NCBI GenBank assembly: GCA_001179505.1
Contig: CDMY01000170.1
Span: 116,057-180,056, forward strand
Direction of reading: 5' to 3'
From: Vitrella brassicaformis CCMP3155
Lineage: Eukaryota; Protista; Chromerida
Length of the DNA: 64,000 bases
Shown here: piece after piece, positions 47,401-61,020 of the stretch
Numbering within the stretch: the first letter of the stretch is position 1
Layout: each line of letters starts with the position of its first letter
Made by a program: the position numbers and the translations under genes
Notes under the pieces: model-generated
Database searches by the model: none
The model's input: only the letters and a program-made list of their open reading frames with translations
Told to the model about the DNA's origin: nothing

Positions 47401-50400
47401 GCGGATCGGTCACCTCCAACGGGCGCCGACAGGGTGATTGTGCCTCTGTCCGAAATAAACCTCGCCGACGTCGAAGGTATGCAGCCTGTACTGTCTTTCA
47501 CATTCCTTTACCAATCCGTGTATGCTCTTATTCACGTGTCAGGCAAGGTACTCAGTGAGAGAGGTGGAGGTGGAAGTGGAGGCACTAAGCAGATGATGTC
47601 GAGCGAGGACGGCTCCCCGCACAGTCCAGGCTCTCGGCAAGGCGCCAGCGAGAAGGTTCAAAGGTTTCTCCAGCAGCTCCGCCACTCCGGCTCAATGGAG
47701 GACGGCCAGGGGAACATGATGGTGCCCCGCGGGACGGCCACGCGGAAGAAGTTGAGCGACCTGGCTGCCAGGGAATTCGACGCGGCCACCGGTAAGGCGA
47801 CAGGAGGTGAGAGCCTGGTGGACGATTTGGACGACGACATCCAAAGCAGAAGTGCGGCGCGGGCGGGCATGGGTTCGGAGACACATTCTCCCAACGTGTC
47901 TCTGCCCCTGGTGCCCCCGTTCATACCAGTACATGAGCCAGTGACAGCAAGGACTGATTACACTGCGGTGAGCTGGCTGGTCAGACGCTCAGAACAGACA
48001 GGTACTCTGACTGGTGCTCCTTCTTGTTGATGCAGGACGTGTCTGAAAGCCCTCCGCCCATCAATAATACCAGTATGGTGCGCACGCCCTACCAGGACGG
48101 ATCGAGGGATCGGCTTGCGCGTGGATCCGGTCAAGTCACGATCAGAGTCAACCCACCCGATGCCGCGGACCACGGCAAAGAGCCCGAGTAAGCATTTGTT
48201 GCACATGTGTTTTTGCAGTGCGATAAATCTACACACGGGGATGTTGTTGATGTTGGTTGTCTCCTTGCAGTCTTTCGGCTACGCAGCAGCACAACGGGGA
48301 TGAGACAAACCAGACCAAGCTTCCCGAAATGTTTCTTGACATCTTCAACAATGACTCTTCCCCCAGCAAGCCAGGGAATGCCCATGAGCAGCGGGGCTCT
48401 GCTCCCAATGGCACAATGGAGCCGCGAAAGCCAAAAAGGGGAGATTCACAAGCAAAGGGCGAGGGGGTAGAATCAACGTAAGCAACCCCACGCACGATCC
48501 TGCTGCACACGGAAGACCACACTTTCACCATCTCCTTTCCGTCTCCGTGTGTGTGTCTGTGTATGTGTGTGCAGTTCGGCAAGAAAAGGGAGGCGCGGCT
48601 CCTCGTCGAGCGATTTGTCCCCCATGAGCACCGGTGGGAAGAAAGCCAAGGGCAGCGGCAACCTCACGCTCCATCAGAGGTGGCTGCGGTGCAAGCGAAA
48701 GTACAAGTGCCTCCAGGAGCCTCCAAACATTTGCAAGTGGGTCACGACGACCCTTTTCGGACGCCTGTCGAAACTGATGCTCATCTTCTGGGGAGCCATC
48801 CTCGCATACTCCATCTTCACATACACCTTCATGGTAATGTCAGCAATTGGCTGCACGTGTACGTACAGGTGTTTCAGGCAGCCTGCAGGTGCTATGCTGT
48901 GTGTCGCTGGTCGTCCTTTAGGCTTACATGATGGAAAGGGTGGACAACTTGACCGATGAGGTGGTGCAGGCGGCCGTCGGGGAGTATCGCTTCCGACATG
49001 GGCAAATCGCCACCATACACCTGGTCGAACCTACCCTGTAAGCCCAACACAACCCTCTGCGTGTGAAAACACTTTGCCTGATTCTGTTGACAGCTGGCCC
49101 TGGCGAGAGACGCTATCGGATGCATCCCCTACCTTCCCTGAATACTTCGGGGTGGGTGAGACAACGCCCTTGCAGTCACTGCCTTCCTCACCTCCACCTT
49201 TCCTCCCCTCTACGTGTGTGTCTGGTTGATGGATGTCTGCATCAATGCAGAGGCAGCTGGGGCTGGGCGCCGAAGAGTTGATGAACCTTTTGTATCAGAA
49301 GAGCAGCGCCAACGCCAAGCCTGTTGACCGCAGATTTGAGGACCGAAAAAAGTGTGAATGTACACACACATATATACCTTCACAGCCTTTATGACTGTTT
49401 GGTTGGCTGCTGCGTGCAGGCTGCTCTACTACCCCGGCTGTCTCCTTCGTCCACCTGTCAGTGCTGCCTCGCACTTGCCAGGCTGATGTGACTGTTCTGT
49501 CCTTTCCATTTGTTGTTGTCCCTGTGTGGGTGCAGGAGGGCACCTGCGAGAACAAAACAAACCCTTATCCCTTCTCCGAAAAGATGTTGAATGGGTTCTA
49601 TCCGTCGCTCGTTGCCTGGTATTACACCCACGGCATGGCGGTTGTCGATGCACGCTGCCGCCTGCCATGACATGACGAATGCGCATTTTGTCAGGTTCGA
49701 GGAGGCCGAGCGCTTCTTCACGAACTGGGTGGGCACACTTTGGCCGGAGAGCGCCTTCAATGTGTTTTGGCCTATGTGGTTGTATTGTTGAAGGTGTTTG
49801 GTATCGGCACCCCGCCAGCCTACTATATGGTCCCCTTCTACAATGACGTCAGCCCATACTGGAGACGCCAACTCTCAGATGACCCCGGCGACGTCCCGGC
49901 TACGGCGACAGATGCGCACAAACGCATGGAGGCCGCCCTGAAGCGGATGAATCGTCTCATGGACGAGCTACGCTCCAGCAGGAATCGCAGCAGCACCGAG
50001 GGCAGTTCCCCAGACGAGGATGAGCCGTTCGGGCGTGAGCTGCAGGCAAACGGGACGAATGGAACAACCCCTGCGCCCCCCCCTCCGCCGCCGGTGGGGC
50101 CGGAGAGGCTAGTCAGGCCCTGGCTCCCACCTGACTACTGGTACGCGTAGACACAGACAGGAAGGAAGCAAGGCAGGAGGGCGGAATCCCTTACTGACGT
50201 CCGATCGCTTGATGTGCTGAGCAGGTGGCTGTATAACGCATTGCGCTATGACCTGGGCAATGCCTGTGAGCTCCTCGCATGCCCATCCTCTGATTGACAG
50301 ACAGACAGACAGACAGTACCCTCACTCACGGCGTTCTCTCTTGCCTTCTCCTTTCTGTGTCTTGCAGTCGAGACGATGGAAGAGCTATTCATTGAGGTAA

Positions 50401-50934
50401 AAGTGGAGAGCGCTGTTCATGTCACGTCTGTGCTTGGCTGATGGTCGGGCTTGAATGCAGGAGGCCGACAGCGACCTGAAGGATCACGAGACGAAGCTGT
50501 GGATTCTAGGAGCAGTGGACTGGGCTGTTCTCATTTTGGCCGTCATGTTTCTGCACTACCTGCTGTTCGAGTGGTTTAAAAAGGACGTTGTCGACACGGT
50601 ACCCACGAAGAGACACAAGCATCAAGGGAGGGAGGGAGGAAGGAAGGATGGCTTGCCTTGTCGTGTGGGGCAGGTGGCCATCCTACGAGTATTGCCAGAA
50701 GATGACATACAGGTGAGCGCCGATGGATGTTTGGTGTAATGGCGTGTGAACTATGTGTGTCGATCCCTCCTTTGTCGCAGCAACAAAAACTCTTTGAGCT
50801 CTTCAACATCGATCTGGAGGTGAAGAACGATGAGGAAAGAGAGAGGACACTGCACGCTTCTGCCCCTGTCTGTGTGTGTGTCTTGCTTGGCGCAGAATGA
50901 GGAAGGTAGCAAAACCAGCGATGCTACAGTCTGA
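41442..50934 (+). CDS. TmcB/TmcC-like multipass membrane protein with a TPR-like segment, frameshifted at two places at least (possible pseudogene)
   Basis: N-terminal TM block (WQEALYGVLYVM; FKCWEAAH; AHGRSEFWYTATKTLV; APFFHDSANRMR). TPR-like segment ...NHMQALKKMSRFW...HSYVNLLKRFPRSKD|ALELFANFVRQ. Further TM blocks. C-terminal ...KKDVVDT|VAILRVLPEDDIQ. Family assignment is from recalled motif patterns. Confidence 0.6.
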
Positions 50935-51191
50935 CAAGTGAATGACTAAGCAGCGCCGTCTCCCTCTCTCTGTCCCATTTACCGTCGACTTTTTGGTTCA
51001 GCGAGCAATCCTCGGACTTACCGACGGAGTAGTCTCACTGCTTTGGTTTGAGGCCTCTCTCTGTGCCGATGTGGTTTCTTTGATGGATGGATGGATGGCT
51101 TGGTTTATACCATGTGCCATGTGTGTGTAAGAGTGTGCGTGGGGCGCGGTGAGGCTTTGGGCAATGAGACGTGGATGTGCCGCCATACCAC

Positions 51192-54100
51192 TCACTCATG
51201 TGCAATTCGACTTTGACTTTGAAGCGCCTCGCAGTCAGTCGTGGATCGACACATAGGGTCAGGCACGCGTCTCCGCAGGCAATTATACACACGCAGGAAT
51301 GCATTGTATTCACTCATCCACACTGTCCTCCGCTGTCGATTGCTCTCCAACCACAAACTGACCGCACACGCAGACAAGTGGACAAGAATCGAAGACATGA
51401 TTTGGACGCCGTCCCTTCTCTCTGAATGTTTACCTCAGTATCGTCGTGACGGTTTGGAAGGTCACCATCATCCTGCTGCATCATCACTACTTCCTCATCC
51501 ACCGAACCCACCGAACCCTCAGCAACTCTTCACGCACAACACAACAACAACAACAACAGAGAGCAGAATGATGTACAACACCACCTTTGTGTGCTGTGCC
51601 TTCCCTCCCATCACACCTTTCAGCCATCACACCGGCGATTTCCTCGTCCACTTCCCCATCGCCATTGCCCTCTGCTTCTTCGAGAATGGCCTGCACGGTC
51701 CTCTGATGGTCTGTCTCTATTTCATGGATGGTCTGCTGCGCGACTGCCAAGTTGTACTCGAGTTCCTCGATCTGTCTGGCCCGCTTCTCGCCGAGCTTGG
51801 TCTGCTTGTCCTGCACACCTGCCACGAGGGTGGTCAGCCGCCGCGCATCGGCCCCCAGGGCCTCGCTGACCGCCTTCAAGTCCACGCCACTCTTGTCTGC
51901 AGCGCCGAACAGATGCGCTATGTCGCGCTGGCCGCGAGGCGTGGATGCGTGCGGGCCCAGGTCAGCGAGTGTGCCGCTGCAGTGGCGGACGACGTCCATG
52001 TACTGCTGCAGCTGCGGCAGGAATGTGTGCTGGAGGGTGTCCATGGATGATCGGTGCCTCAGCATCAGCTCGCGAAGGGCATCAAGCTCAGTCTGGGTGG
52101 CCTCGTGCGCCTTGACCTTCGTCTCGAGCACACTCTGACCACACACACACACACACACACGCACACACACACACGAGACCAGATGGGCCACAAGCTGGGA
52201 TTTCTCTCTGTCTGCTGTCGGTCAATCACCTGGAAGTCGTCCCGCTGCTGCACCATGTCCTGTGCGATGATATCCTTGGCGAAGCGAAGCTCCTCCCGAG
52301 CCTCCTGCAGCTGCCGGCTGTGCTCTTGCTCCAGCACACACCGCACCTCAGCACAGCGGCCCTCGATCTCACGCACGGCAGCCTCGCGGACGCGCTCGCG
52401 GTAGGCAGAGAAGGCGCTCTCTGAGCCCCCGGACGCAGCACACAGCTCCTGAAGACACGTGTGTGAATGGTGGGTGCATCACGTTAGGCTGGTCACATGT
52501 GTGGGCAGGCAGGATGTGCTCACGTCGTTCTTCTTTTGCAGCGCTGCGCATTGCTGTTCCAGCCGCTCCGATCGGTCGCTGGCCGCACTGGCCGCCTTCT
52601 CTGCCTCATGCAAGCGGGCCTGACACAAACACCAACTCCACCGATACAGATGCTTTTGGGCACTGTCTGTGTTGATTTCCTTTGATCACCTACCTGAAGC
52701 TCATTGTATTGTTCCTGTGTGTATTGGTGGGTCTTGTCCTGGGGGTCTGCCAGCTTCTGGCGAAGCGTGTTGAGCTCCTGATCAACAACGATGAGACAAC
52801 AGTACCGAGAAGGGGGATCACGCTATGTCTGCATTCACCTCTGCTTGTCGGCGCATCTGACGCTGACAGACAGACAGACAAGGAACGAATGCAATGCCTC
52901 GGTCGAGGCGCCTCTCCGTGTCTGTTAGCGTACATCTTTCGCTTGGCATCGATCAGTGATCTCTCGGTTGCGGACCTGCTCGGCCTTCAACGTCGTCTGC
53001 ACACACATGCGCACACAACGCGTTCTCAACAGACGATGTGGCCTTGAGTCTGTCTTGGCGTGTGCGTGCCTTGAACCGCGACTCGTTCCTGTCCTTCTCA
53101 TCGCGTAGGGACTGCAAGTCACTCTGAATGACACGTATGTGTGATGGGGAATGCATTCATGGGGATCACCTCTTGTCCGTGTACCTCCCGCTGATGGAGA
53201 AGCTTCCTGAATTCTCTTATCTTGCGCTGCAGCTGGTGAACCTCGGCCCTGGCCTCCTGGTATGCACTCGACTGGTTCTTCTGGACAGAAGACACACACA
53301 GACAGCCATGTCTTTGTGTAGGGACACTCCCTCCCTCCCTCCCTCCCTCCCTGTCTGTCTGTCTGTCTGTCTGTAAGTTGCTTACCTTGTGCTGTTCCCG
53401 GCTCGCTTCCACCAGCCGCATCAACTCATCCATCTTGTCACGTATACCCTGACACAAACACACGATGCAACACGCACAGCACCCTCCCCGCCCACCCACC
53501 TTATGCATGACGGCCTTCTTGCCTTCTCCCCATCTGTTGGGCCACACGGGGCGGTTGGGAGGCTGCTCAGTGGGAACCGGCGGGACTGGCCGCCCCGACA
53601 CACCAGTGGACGTCCGCTTCAGATGTCGAGAGGGGGCCGTGCTCATAGACGTCGACAGGGAAACCGCATCACTACTGGCATGGAGAGTCCTGCGTTTGGC
53701 CATGCGGGCGGCGGTGTGTGTCATGGGTCGCTCGTCGGGCACCGCGTGGGGCGCGTTGATGTTGCTGGCGGATGGACGCCGCTGGATCCCCTCCCGCATC
53801 TCGGTCAGGTCCTCCTCCATCACCCCACAGGCATGATGCAACTGCCCCTGCAATGCCAACACACACACATACGAACAGGGCGTCTGTTGGGTCTTGTTGC
53901 ATACCTGAATATCGTGTAGGAATACTTTAAGAGATCCCCCATCGCCACTACTATCCTCATGCGACTCGTCCGCCCCATCATCCCCCCCAACCTCGGCCGT
54001 CAGAGCGCTATCGTCTTCATTGCCTGCCGTCCACTCCCCCCGACCACCCGCACCACCCTCAAGGCCCCGCGTCACGGTCCACGGCCTCTCGGGCAGCGGC

Positions 54101-55061
54101 GGCAACACAGCCGAAGCGCCGCCCTTGGCCCCCCTACCCATCTCTCCGACAGTGTCGGAGTGGGCGTGCCGCGCCACGCTTCTCGTGCCGATGTCCAGCA
54201 GGTTTCGCGTGGACGACGGGACGGTCTTGGGCGGCAGGGGGGAGAGGAAAGACGCGTCAATGTCGGGGGGCGGGGAGCGGCTCGACGCGAATATCGACGG
54301 CAGAAGGGGACGCGACCTGGCCTGCTGCTGCTGTTTGGTGGTGAGTGGCGGCATCGTGTGGGCCATCATGAACTTGTGAGTACTCCCTCCGTGGTCGCTC
54401 GCCGTCTTGCGCACACGTCGAGGCGGCGCCAGCCCGGGCCCGATGGGTGTCTTGTTGGACGCCGTGAAGGGCATTTGGTCGGGCATCTGGATCTGCTCGA
54501 AGGGGCTAGCGTGTTTGTGCGATGGCACAACGACGGTGTGCGAGCGCGGCACGGGCTCGACGGACTGGGCGCGGGGGAGGGAGATCGGTTGGGGGGGTGA
54601 GTCGGCCGAAGAAGCCTGGCGCGAAACGTCATGATCACGCTGAGAAGGCGAACACCGCGGAGCGAAGTGGTACAACAATGTGGCGTATGCGCGTGGTTTT
54701 GTATACCATACCTTGGTCAGCCTCCGTGTAGATGAAGGCGGGGCTACAGGGGCAGCCTGACCACCACCATAACGACCGCTCTGACCTGCATTCGTCGACA
54801 TTACCCATGGAGAAGACGCATGTATCGTGCGGGGTGCGTTTCTCTACCGCGCATGAATGGAGGATGCGAGGCCACGGAATCTTCCACCAATGGCATGCGA
54901 TTGGCGAGCAGCCCTGTCCGCATCAACATGGATGGCTGCGTGTTGGCGTCACGGTAGATATGGAGCAGGACCCTTGGTTGACTGGTGCGCGCCTCTTTCT
55001 GATTTTTGAGCTCGCATGATGTAGCAATCAAGAGAGGAAAGGAGCGAAGAGAATGTAGCAT
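51192..55061 (-). CDS. Large multi-exon protein: low-complexity N-terminal half and coiled-coil C-terminal half
   Basis: Phase-compatible exons with E/Q/R/L heptads (e.g. EQEHSRQLQEAREELRFAKD, RQIEELEYNLAVAQQTIHEIE). Start at ATG 55061 or 54929. End approximate. Confidence 0.65.
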
Positions 55062-55141
55062 GGCGACGACAGAGGCGTGGAGAGCACGTTGAAGCCACAA
55101 AACGGCGCTCCGATTCATAGCTTTCGCGACTTGGGTGCACG

Positions 55142-57515
55142 ATGGCTGCCATTGCCGCCGCCCAGGTGAGAGAAGAGGGAGCTACGGGCCAGGCAAAGCA
55201 CGTATATCACGGTGTGACAATTTGTGCTGTCTGTGTGTGGTTTGTCATTCGGTTTGGTGCAGATGAGCGCGGTGATACGGGCACAGCTGCTGCCTCAGGT
55301 AGAAGGCTATCGGATGAAGCAGGCTCAGGTATCAGCCAAACAACACACATACCAACTCGTCCATTCAATGCAGTGCATCCAAAGCTCACCGGCTGTCTTA
55401 TGTGTGTGTGTGTGGTGTGCGTGTGCAGGTCAATAGCTGCATCGACCAACTTCTGCAGATGGACACCGCTGCTTCGATGGCACTACTGGTGCGGCAGGCT
55501 GCCAAACACACCACAAATGCCTCTGTGTGTCTGTGGAGTCCACTTTGCTTGGCGTTGCTCTCGTCGTGTTGATTCATTCGTCAGATGGTGGCCAAGGTGA
55601 GTCGTCAATTTGCTGCTGTGTCCGAGCTGCTGGCCGAGTTGGCAGAGACCATCAACTCGACCATCGCACTCACAAGACATCGTCGCACACAGGTGAGTGA
55701 GTGAGTGAGTGAGTGAGTGAGTGACCACAGGCACGCACAAACACAAGACCCACACTGATGTGGTGTCCACCTCTTATGTGCTGTGTGCATGTCCTTCTTT
55801 CTGTGTGCAATCAGGCGCGCCGGTTGCACATCTCCGACATTCCCGCCAACCCCATGAGCATCATCCTGGCACTGTCTGACCTCACCACTATCGCCCACCT
55901 CAAGTCGACTACCCGACCCATCGAAAATGCCCTCCGGCCCATCGTCCGCCGCTTTCGGCTGCCGAAGGCCATCGAGCGGGCGGGGCTGGTCGGTGTGGTG
56001 GAGTTCGACGATCAGCTGAGCCACGGCGATGTGATGAAGGCCATGTGGGTGGTGGAGGAGGGGGGCGAGGGCGGCTGGCGGGAGGTGGGCGACACGCTGA
56101 GACTCTCGGAGCACTGCGGCAATTGCCAGCTGCCGGTCACTGTGGGTGCTGGAGACCTGCAGACACACGCCACCAAGGCGGTAAACACGACATAACAGAA
56201 GAGGCAATGGGCGAGCTGCTGGATGTGTGTTTGGATGCAGGATTTCTTGTCGCTGCCCCGTTTCTGTACGCAATGGATGCTCGTCGGCCGCTATGTCGCC
56301 CTCCACCGCCCTACCGGCCAGCAAGACGGCATACTCCAGCTGTTCCGTCACAACAACAACGAGCTCCGGATCATCCGAAACCAGCCCGGCTTCACCATCA
56401 CCATCAACCCGCCCCTCCCCCTCCCCCTCCGCCCCGTCCATCCCTTCTCGCAGCACCCCTTCGCCCACCACGCCAAGCCACACGACCCGCCCGTCCGCCA
56501 CGGCATTATGTGGCAGCATGGTGTGGGCTGGGGGACATGTGGCATCAACGACAGGGGCGTTAATTCATCGGCGAGTTCCATGTTGAAGGAGGTGATACTG
56601 GCTCACCGGCTGTTGACTGTGGGCGGCTTCACCGACTCGCCAACAGTGGTGGTGGTCCGGTAAGTCGATGGAAGGCACGCAATGGGAGGCCGAATGGCCA
56701 TGTGGTGCGTTATTGATGTGTATGTCAGGCGTGTGCATGGTGGCCATCTGGACCGCATCATGACTCGATCGCCACACACGCCCCTCGACGGATGCTCGTC
56801 CGCCCCGTCCATCCCTTCTCGCAGCACCCCTTCGCCCACCACGCCAAGCCACACAACCCGCCCGTCCGCCACGGCATTATGTGACAGCATGGTGTGGGCT
56901 GGGGGACATGTGGCGTCAACGACAGGGGCGTTAATTCATCGGCGAGTTCCATGTTGAAGGAGGTGATAGTGGCTTACCGGCTGTTGACTGTGGGCGGCTT
57001 CACCGACTCGCCAACAGTGGTGGTGGTCCGGTAAGTCGATGGAAGGCACGCAATGGGAGGCCGAATGGCCATGTGGTGCGTTATTGATGTGTATGTCAGG
57101 CGTGTGCATGGTGGCCATCTGGACCGCATCATGACTCGATCGCCACACACGCCCCTCGACGGATGCTCGGACGTGCTGGCATTTGAGCTGGCCGATGGGA
57201 TGTGTGTGCAGCTGCATGTGCTGACGACGGCTCTCGACCCGTTCATCGCATACATTAACTTTGGCATCCTCCTAGGCGACAACCAGGATGGTACGTACGC
57301 ACATTGACAACACATCCTCATGCTGCCGTGTCGTCGGATCACTGCTCCTCTCTTGTCTGCCTGCAGTTAACGTCACCATTCGCACCACCGAAGCGCCAGC
57401 AGCAGGTGTCCCTCAGAATGCGCACTTCGCCCATCGGTTCCCCCTGACGGTGGCCAAGGTGCGTCGCGTGCTCGGGCCGATAGCAGCCATCGTGCTTGAT
57501 GGGCAGGCGCCATGA
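55142..57515 (+). CDS. Member of an expanded Vitrella-type hypothetical protein family, interrupted by an internal 371-bp tandem duplication
   Basis: Motifs EHCGNCQLPVTVGAGDL, HPFAHH...HDPPVRH, GHLDRIMTRSPHTPLDGC and TTEAP...FAHRFPLT...RVLG...DGQ match my recollection of a Vitrella multigene family (unverified). Stop TGA at 57513-57515. Confidence 0.65.
56428..57169 (+). repeat. Near-perfect 371-bp tandem duplication (56428-56798 / 56799-57169) including one intron
   Basis: Direct comparison shows only a few substitutions (e.g. cacacgacc/cacacaacc, tggcagcat/tgacagcat, atactggctcac/atagtggcttac). Confidence 0.95.
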
Positions 57516-57764
57516 CCGTGAAGGTGAAAGCCACATATCTGTGAGAGCCACATATCTGATGCAGACATGCATCTGATGTGTATCCACAAGACGCCTGTGT
57601 CTTGGTCTCTGTCATGCAGGATGGTCGTGTCGCTCGGCTCGAAGGATGACCCGCTTGACTGGGCGGCTGATTAGGTGGCTGTCAGTGGGATGGTCTGTGT
57701 GCAAGTTGGCTGCATGTGGTGCGTCCGGCCGAATGGAATGGACTCATCCGTGGACGCGTGTGTG

Positions 57765-57797
<33 letters not shown>

Positions 57798-57966
57798 CTG
57801 CCTGTGCGTGTATACTATGGAACACACATATATATATATACAGCTGAATGAATCCGTTCTCGTTCGTTCGCATGCACTACAGTCACCGCTGCTTGGCCGT
57901 TGCAACCTTAAAATTACCAACTTTGTCTTTAATTTCGCCACAGAAACTCACTCGTCATCCCACACA

Positions 57967-60825
57967 TCACTCATGGCTCATCGAATCGAAACGGCTTCCT
58001 CTCATCCAGTGACAGGAAGCTCCCCTTGTGTCCTTTATGGCCGAGCGATGCCTGATGTCTCTAGAACTCGGCACTCATACCTGATGCTCTAGAAGTCGTC
58101 GGCTGCGCCCGAGCCGAAGCGGAGGGAGACTCAGCCCATCTGTGACAAAGGGCATGACCTCACACATGAGCCCTCCCTGACATATGATACCTTACCGTTT
58201 CAAGCCTTTAATGACGCTTAGAGTTGCTCTGCCCTCGTCGGAAAGACGTGCGCTGGATGCCACTGACGACTCGTCAGAATTCTGCGTGCGTAACACGTGT
58301 CAACGTGCATTCAGGAGAGGCCCTATTGAATTAGCTGCCGCTTACGATATATGGTATTGCTTCCTTAAGATGTGTCTTGACCGCATTCAGTATCACACTG
58401 AGGGATGACGCCAGCGCCTGAGAAGACACAGGCAGATGACAAATGTAGCCCAGCAATTACGCGCTTTTCTCCGTTGACTGCCTACCTCCTTGTCGGGTTT
58501 GGCAGCAGCCGAAGAATTGCGAATCGCTAAAAAGAAAGAGGGGGAAATACTGGCTGGCATGAAAGGGGCCGATCAAAAGACACTTACTTACCCTGCATGA
58601 GGGAAGAGGTGGTCGCCTTGATGGTTGACCCTTCTCTGACAGAGACGAATGCTGACGGTGTGTAGCTGGGAGACGGTGGCTTGACATTTGGGGATGATTG
58701 AGGGTCCTTCTCTTGTCCCGACGATGCTTCCCCGTCAGACCCGTTTTGGCCATAGAAAAGGTCCGTTATGTTGCCTGTAATAGACAGACGGACAGTCAAA
58801 ACAGTCAGTCAAAGCCAGAAGCATCGCTTACCTTGGTCGTCTGTCTCGTTCGCCAATCGATGGATGAATGACAATCGGTGGACGATGATCGGCGGACGGA
58901 TGACGTCTCCGTCTTTCATTCCGCCCGGGGGATGCTCCACGATTCTTCTCTTGCGACTTTCTATCTCTGTAAAATGTCATGAAGCAGGAGTACGCACCTC
59001 ATTTCCGTGTGCGTATTCTGCGGACCCTGATGCAGAAGAGCAGTACAGAACTGCTCAAAGTCGTCTCGATCGAGGCCCTAAATGTCAGGACACAGTCCAT
59101 CTATTTGCTCGCGCCGAGTGGTGGATTGCCTGTCGGCACCTCATATCAACGTCGCTGGTATTTCATCCTCAGTCACGTGAGCGATTGGGACCGGGTGGTT
59201 CATCAAGAATATCAACACATCTTTGGTAATCCTCTTTGGCCAATGCTGGTCGAACCACTTGACGCCACGCGCGCGGAGCGCCTCAGCGACTGGCCTCTTC
59301 ACTTCTGCAGCGGACAAAACACAATTCGGTTGCTGTTACGTCAGTGTGTTGGCCGTGTGTGCCGACCTCTCCAATGGATCGGCATCCCTTCGACTTTCAT
59401 CTCTTGGTGCTTAATGGGAAGCTTACGGACTCCCATCGTGGGCTCGTACATCGGCCGACCTATAGTGATGAAGACACATGCCAGCTGCTCATTGGGCCGC
59501 CATTCAAATGCACGTGTGCCCACCTCTGACGAGAATATCGAGCTGGGTGCGATAATCAAAAAGTGTCATGACCTGAAGAGAGACAGACAGACAAACAAAA
59601 CCGAGTTGCACATCAACGAGACACACTCTGTGTTCTCTATCCTACGAGGTCCTTGGGGAAGAGTGCAGGTGTCAGCTTGGGCTGCGGCTGCGTCGGCGGA
59701 TGCGCACGGAAAAGATCCGTCGTCTTGTTGAGCCAGCCGATCAGTGTCTGTATCAGAATGGGCACGCAGATGTAAAGATATGTTCTTTTCTGGCCATCAT
59801 GCACCACTGCACCTCTCGGTCGAGCCTCCTCTTGGCCTTATCATTCGCCCTTTGGTCAAACCATTCCTGGATCATCTTCTTAATCGTCAATACCTCACAA
59901 TGCTGCAAATCTGTCCATTCCATACACACACACACACACACACACACACAAGAGACCTTTCGTGAGCTGTGCCCTGCGACGGAATACTTACGTGCAAGGG
60001 GTGGTTTGTCCTTGTGAACGATGACAGGAGCAGGAAATGGCTGCAATAGTGGTACCGGACGGGGGTATGGTGTACTCAGTGGCTCCTCCGCCTCCTCGGC
60101 ACTCTGTTCTGTCGTCTCGTCTTCACTCTGCTCTGTCGTTTCGTCTGCATTCTGAGTCTCCTCTGTCTCCTCATCTGTCGTCTCCTCACCACTTTCCTCT
60201 GATGTCTCTTCAGCACTTTCCGAACCACTTTCCTCTGTCTCGGTCTTCTCTTCAGCACCTTCCGAACCACTTTCCTCTGCTGTCTCTTCCGCACTTTCCG
60301 AATCACTTACCTCTGCTGTCTCTTCGGCGCTTTCTTTTGCCGTGTTCTCAGCTGAAAGGTCCGACTGGACGGGCTCGTGCTCTTCTGTCTTCTTCTGCAC
60401 CGCACCTGGTCCCTGGCCAAGCCTGTGAGTCTCGTGGACGATCACGTGCTGCTGCTGCACCACAGGGACGCTGTGCATCTGTCTGACGACCGTGTGTTTC
60501 TGGATGATATGTCCGATTGGCTGGTACACACGCACACACACATCCATCCACGCATCGAGAGTCATATGCGTCCACCCACCTGCGGCACAGGCGGCATGAC
60601 GCGGCGCCTGATCAATGTGCCAGGGTCGTCAGTCTCAGCCGTGTCTACTGAGGAGAAGGCGTCCTCCGCTGTGGAATTGGATAAGCCATCAGGGCCGCCG
60701 AGATCCACCGCACCCAATGGCATCCTCAACCTCGAAGCCAATGAATCACGTGGTAACGAGCCGCAGACAAGGATGAGAGTCCACCACCAAAAGGCGTGAT
60801 AAAGAGGATGAATGGCCATCATCAT
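57967..60825 (-). CDS. Secreted hypothetical protein with a signal peptide and an acidic E/S/T-rich repeat region; more than 10 exons
   Basis: N-terminus MMMAIHPLYHAFWWWTLILVCGSLPRDSLA. Repeats of (S)ESAEET(A/S)EE at about 60190-60330. Downstream GT-AG exons end GSRFDSMSHE*. Some internal junctions are unresolved. Confidence 0.6.
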
Positions 60826-61020
60826 CAAGCGCTAGAAATGAGGAATGCGATGGATAGATGCCTTCGAATGGATGCCTCACATAGACAAAGCAGTGCAAAT
60901 GGGGAGCTCCGAAAGAAGGTCACACTGCAAAATGCACATGGAATGCGTTCGATGATCCCAGGCGTGCCACCGGCGCGGGGGGAGGGAGAAGGAGAAAAGG
61001 ATGGGGGGGGGGGGGGGGGG

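Noticed and set aside
58979-59731. 250-aa plus-strand ORF
   Set aside because: It is antisense to a chain of phase-compatible minus-strand exons with GT-AG introns, runs through their microsatellite-rich introns and has no recognisable motif.
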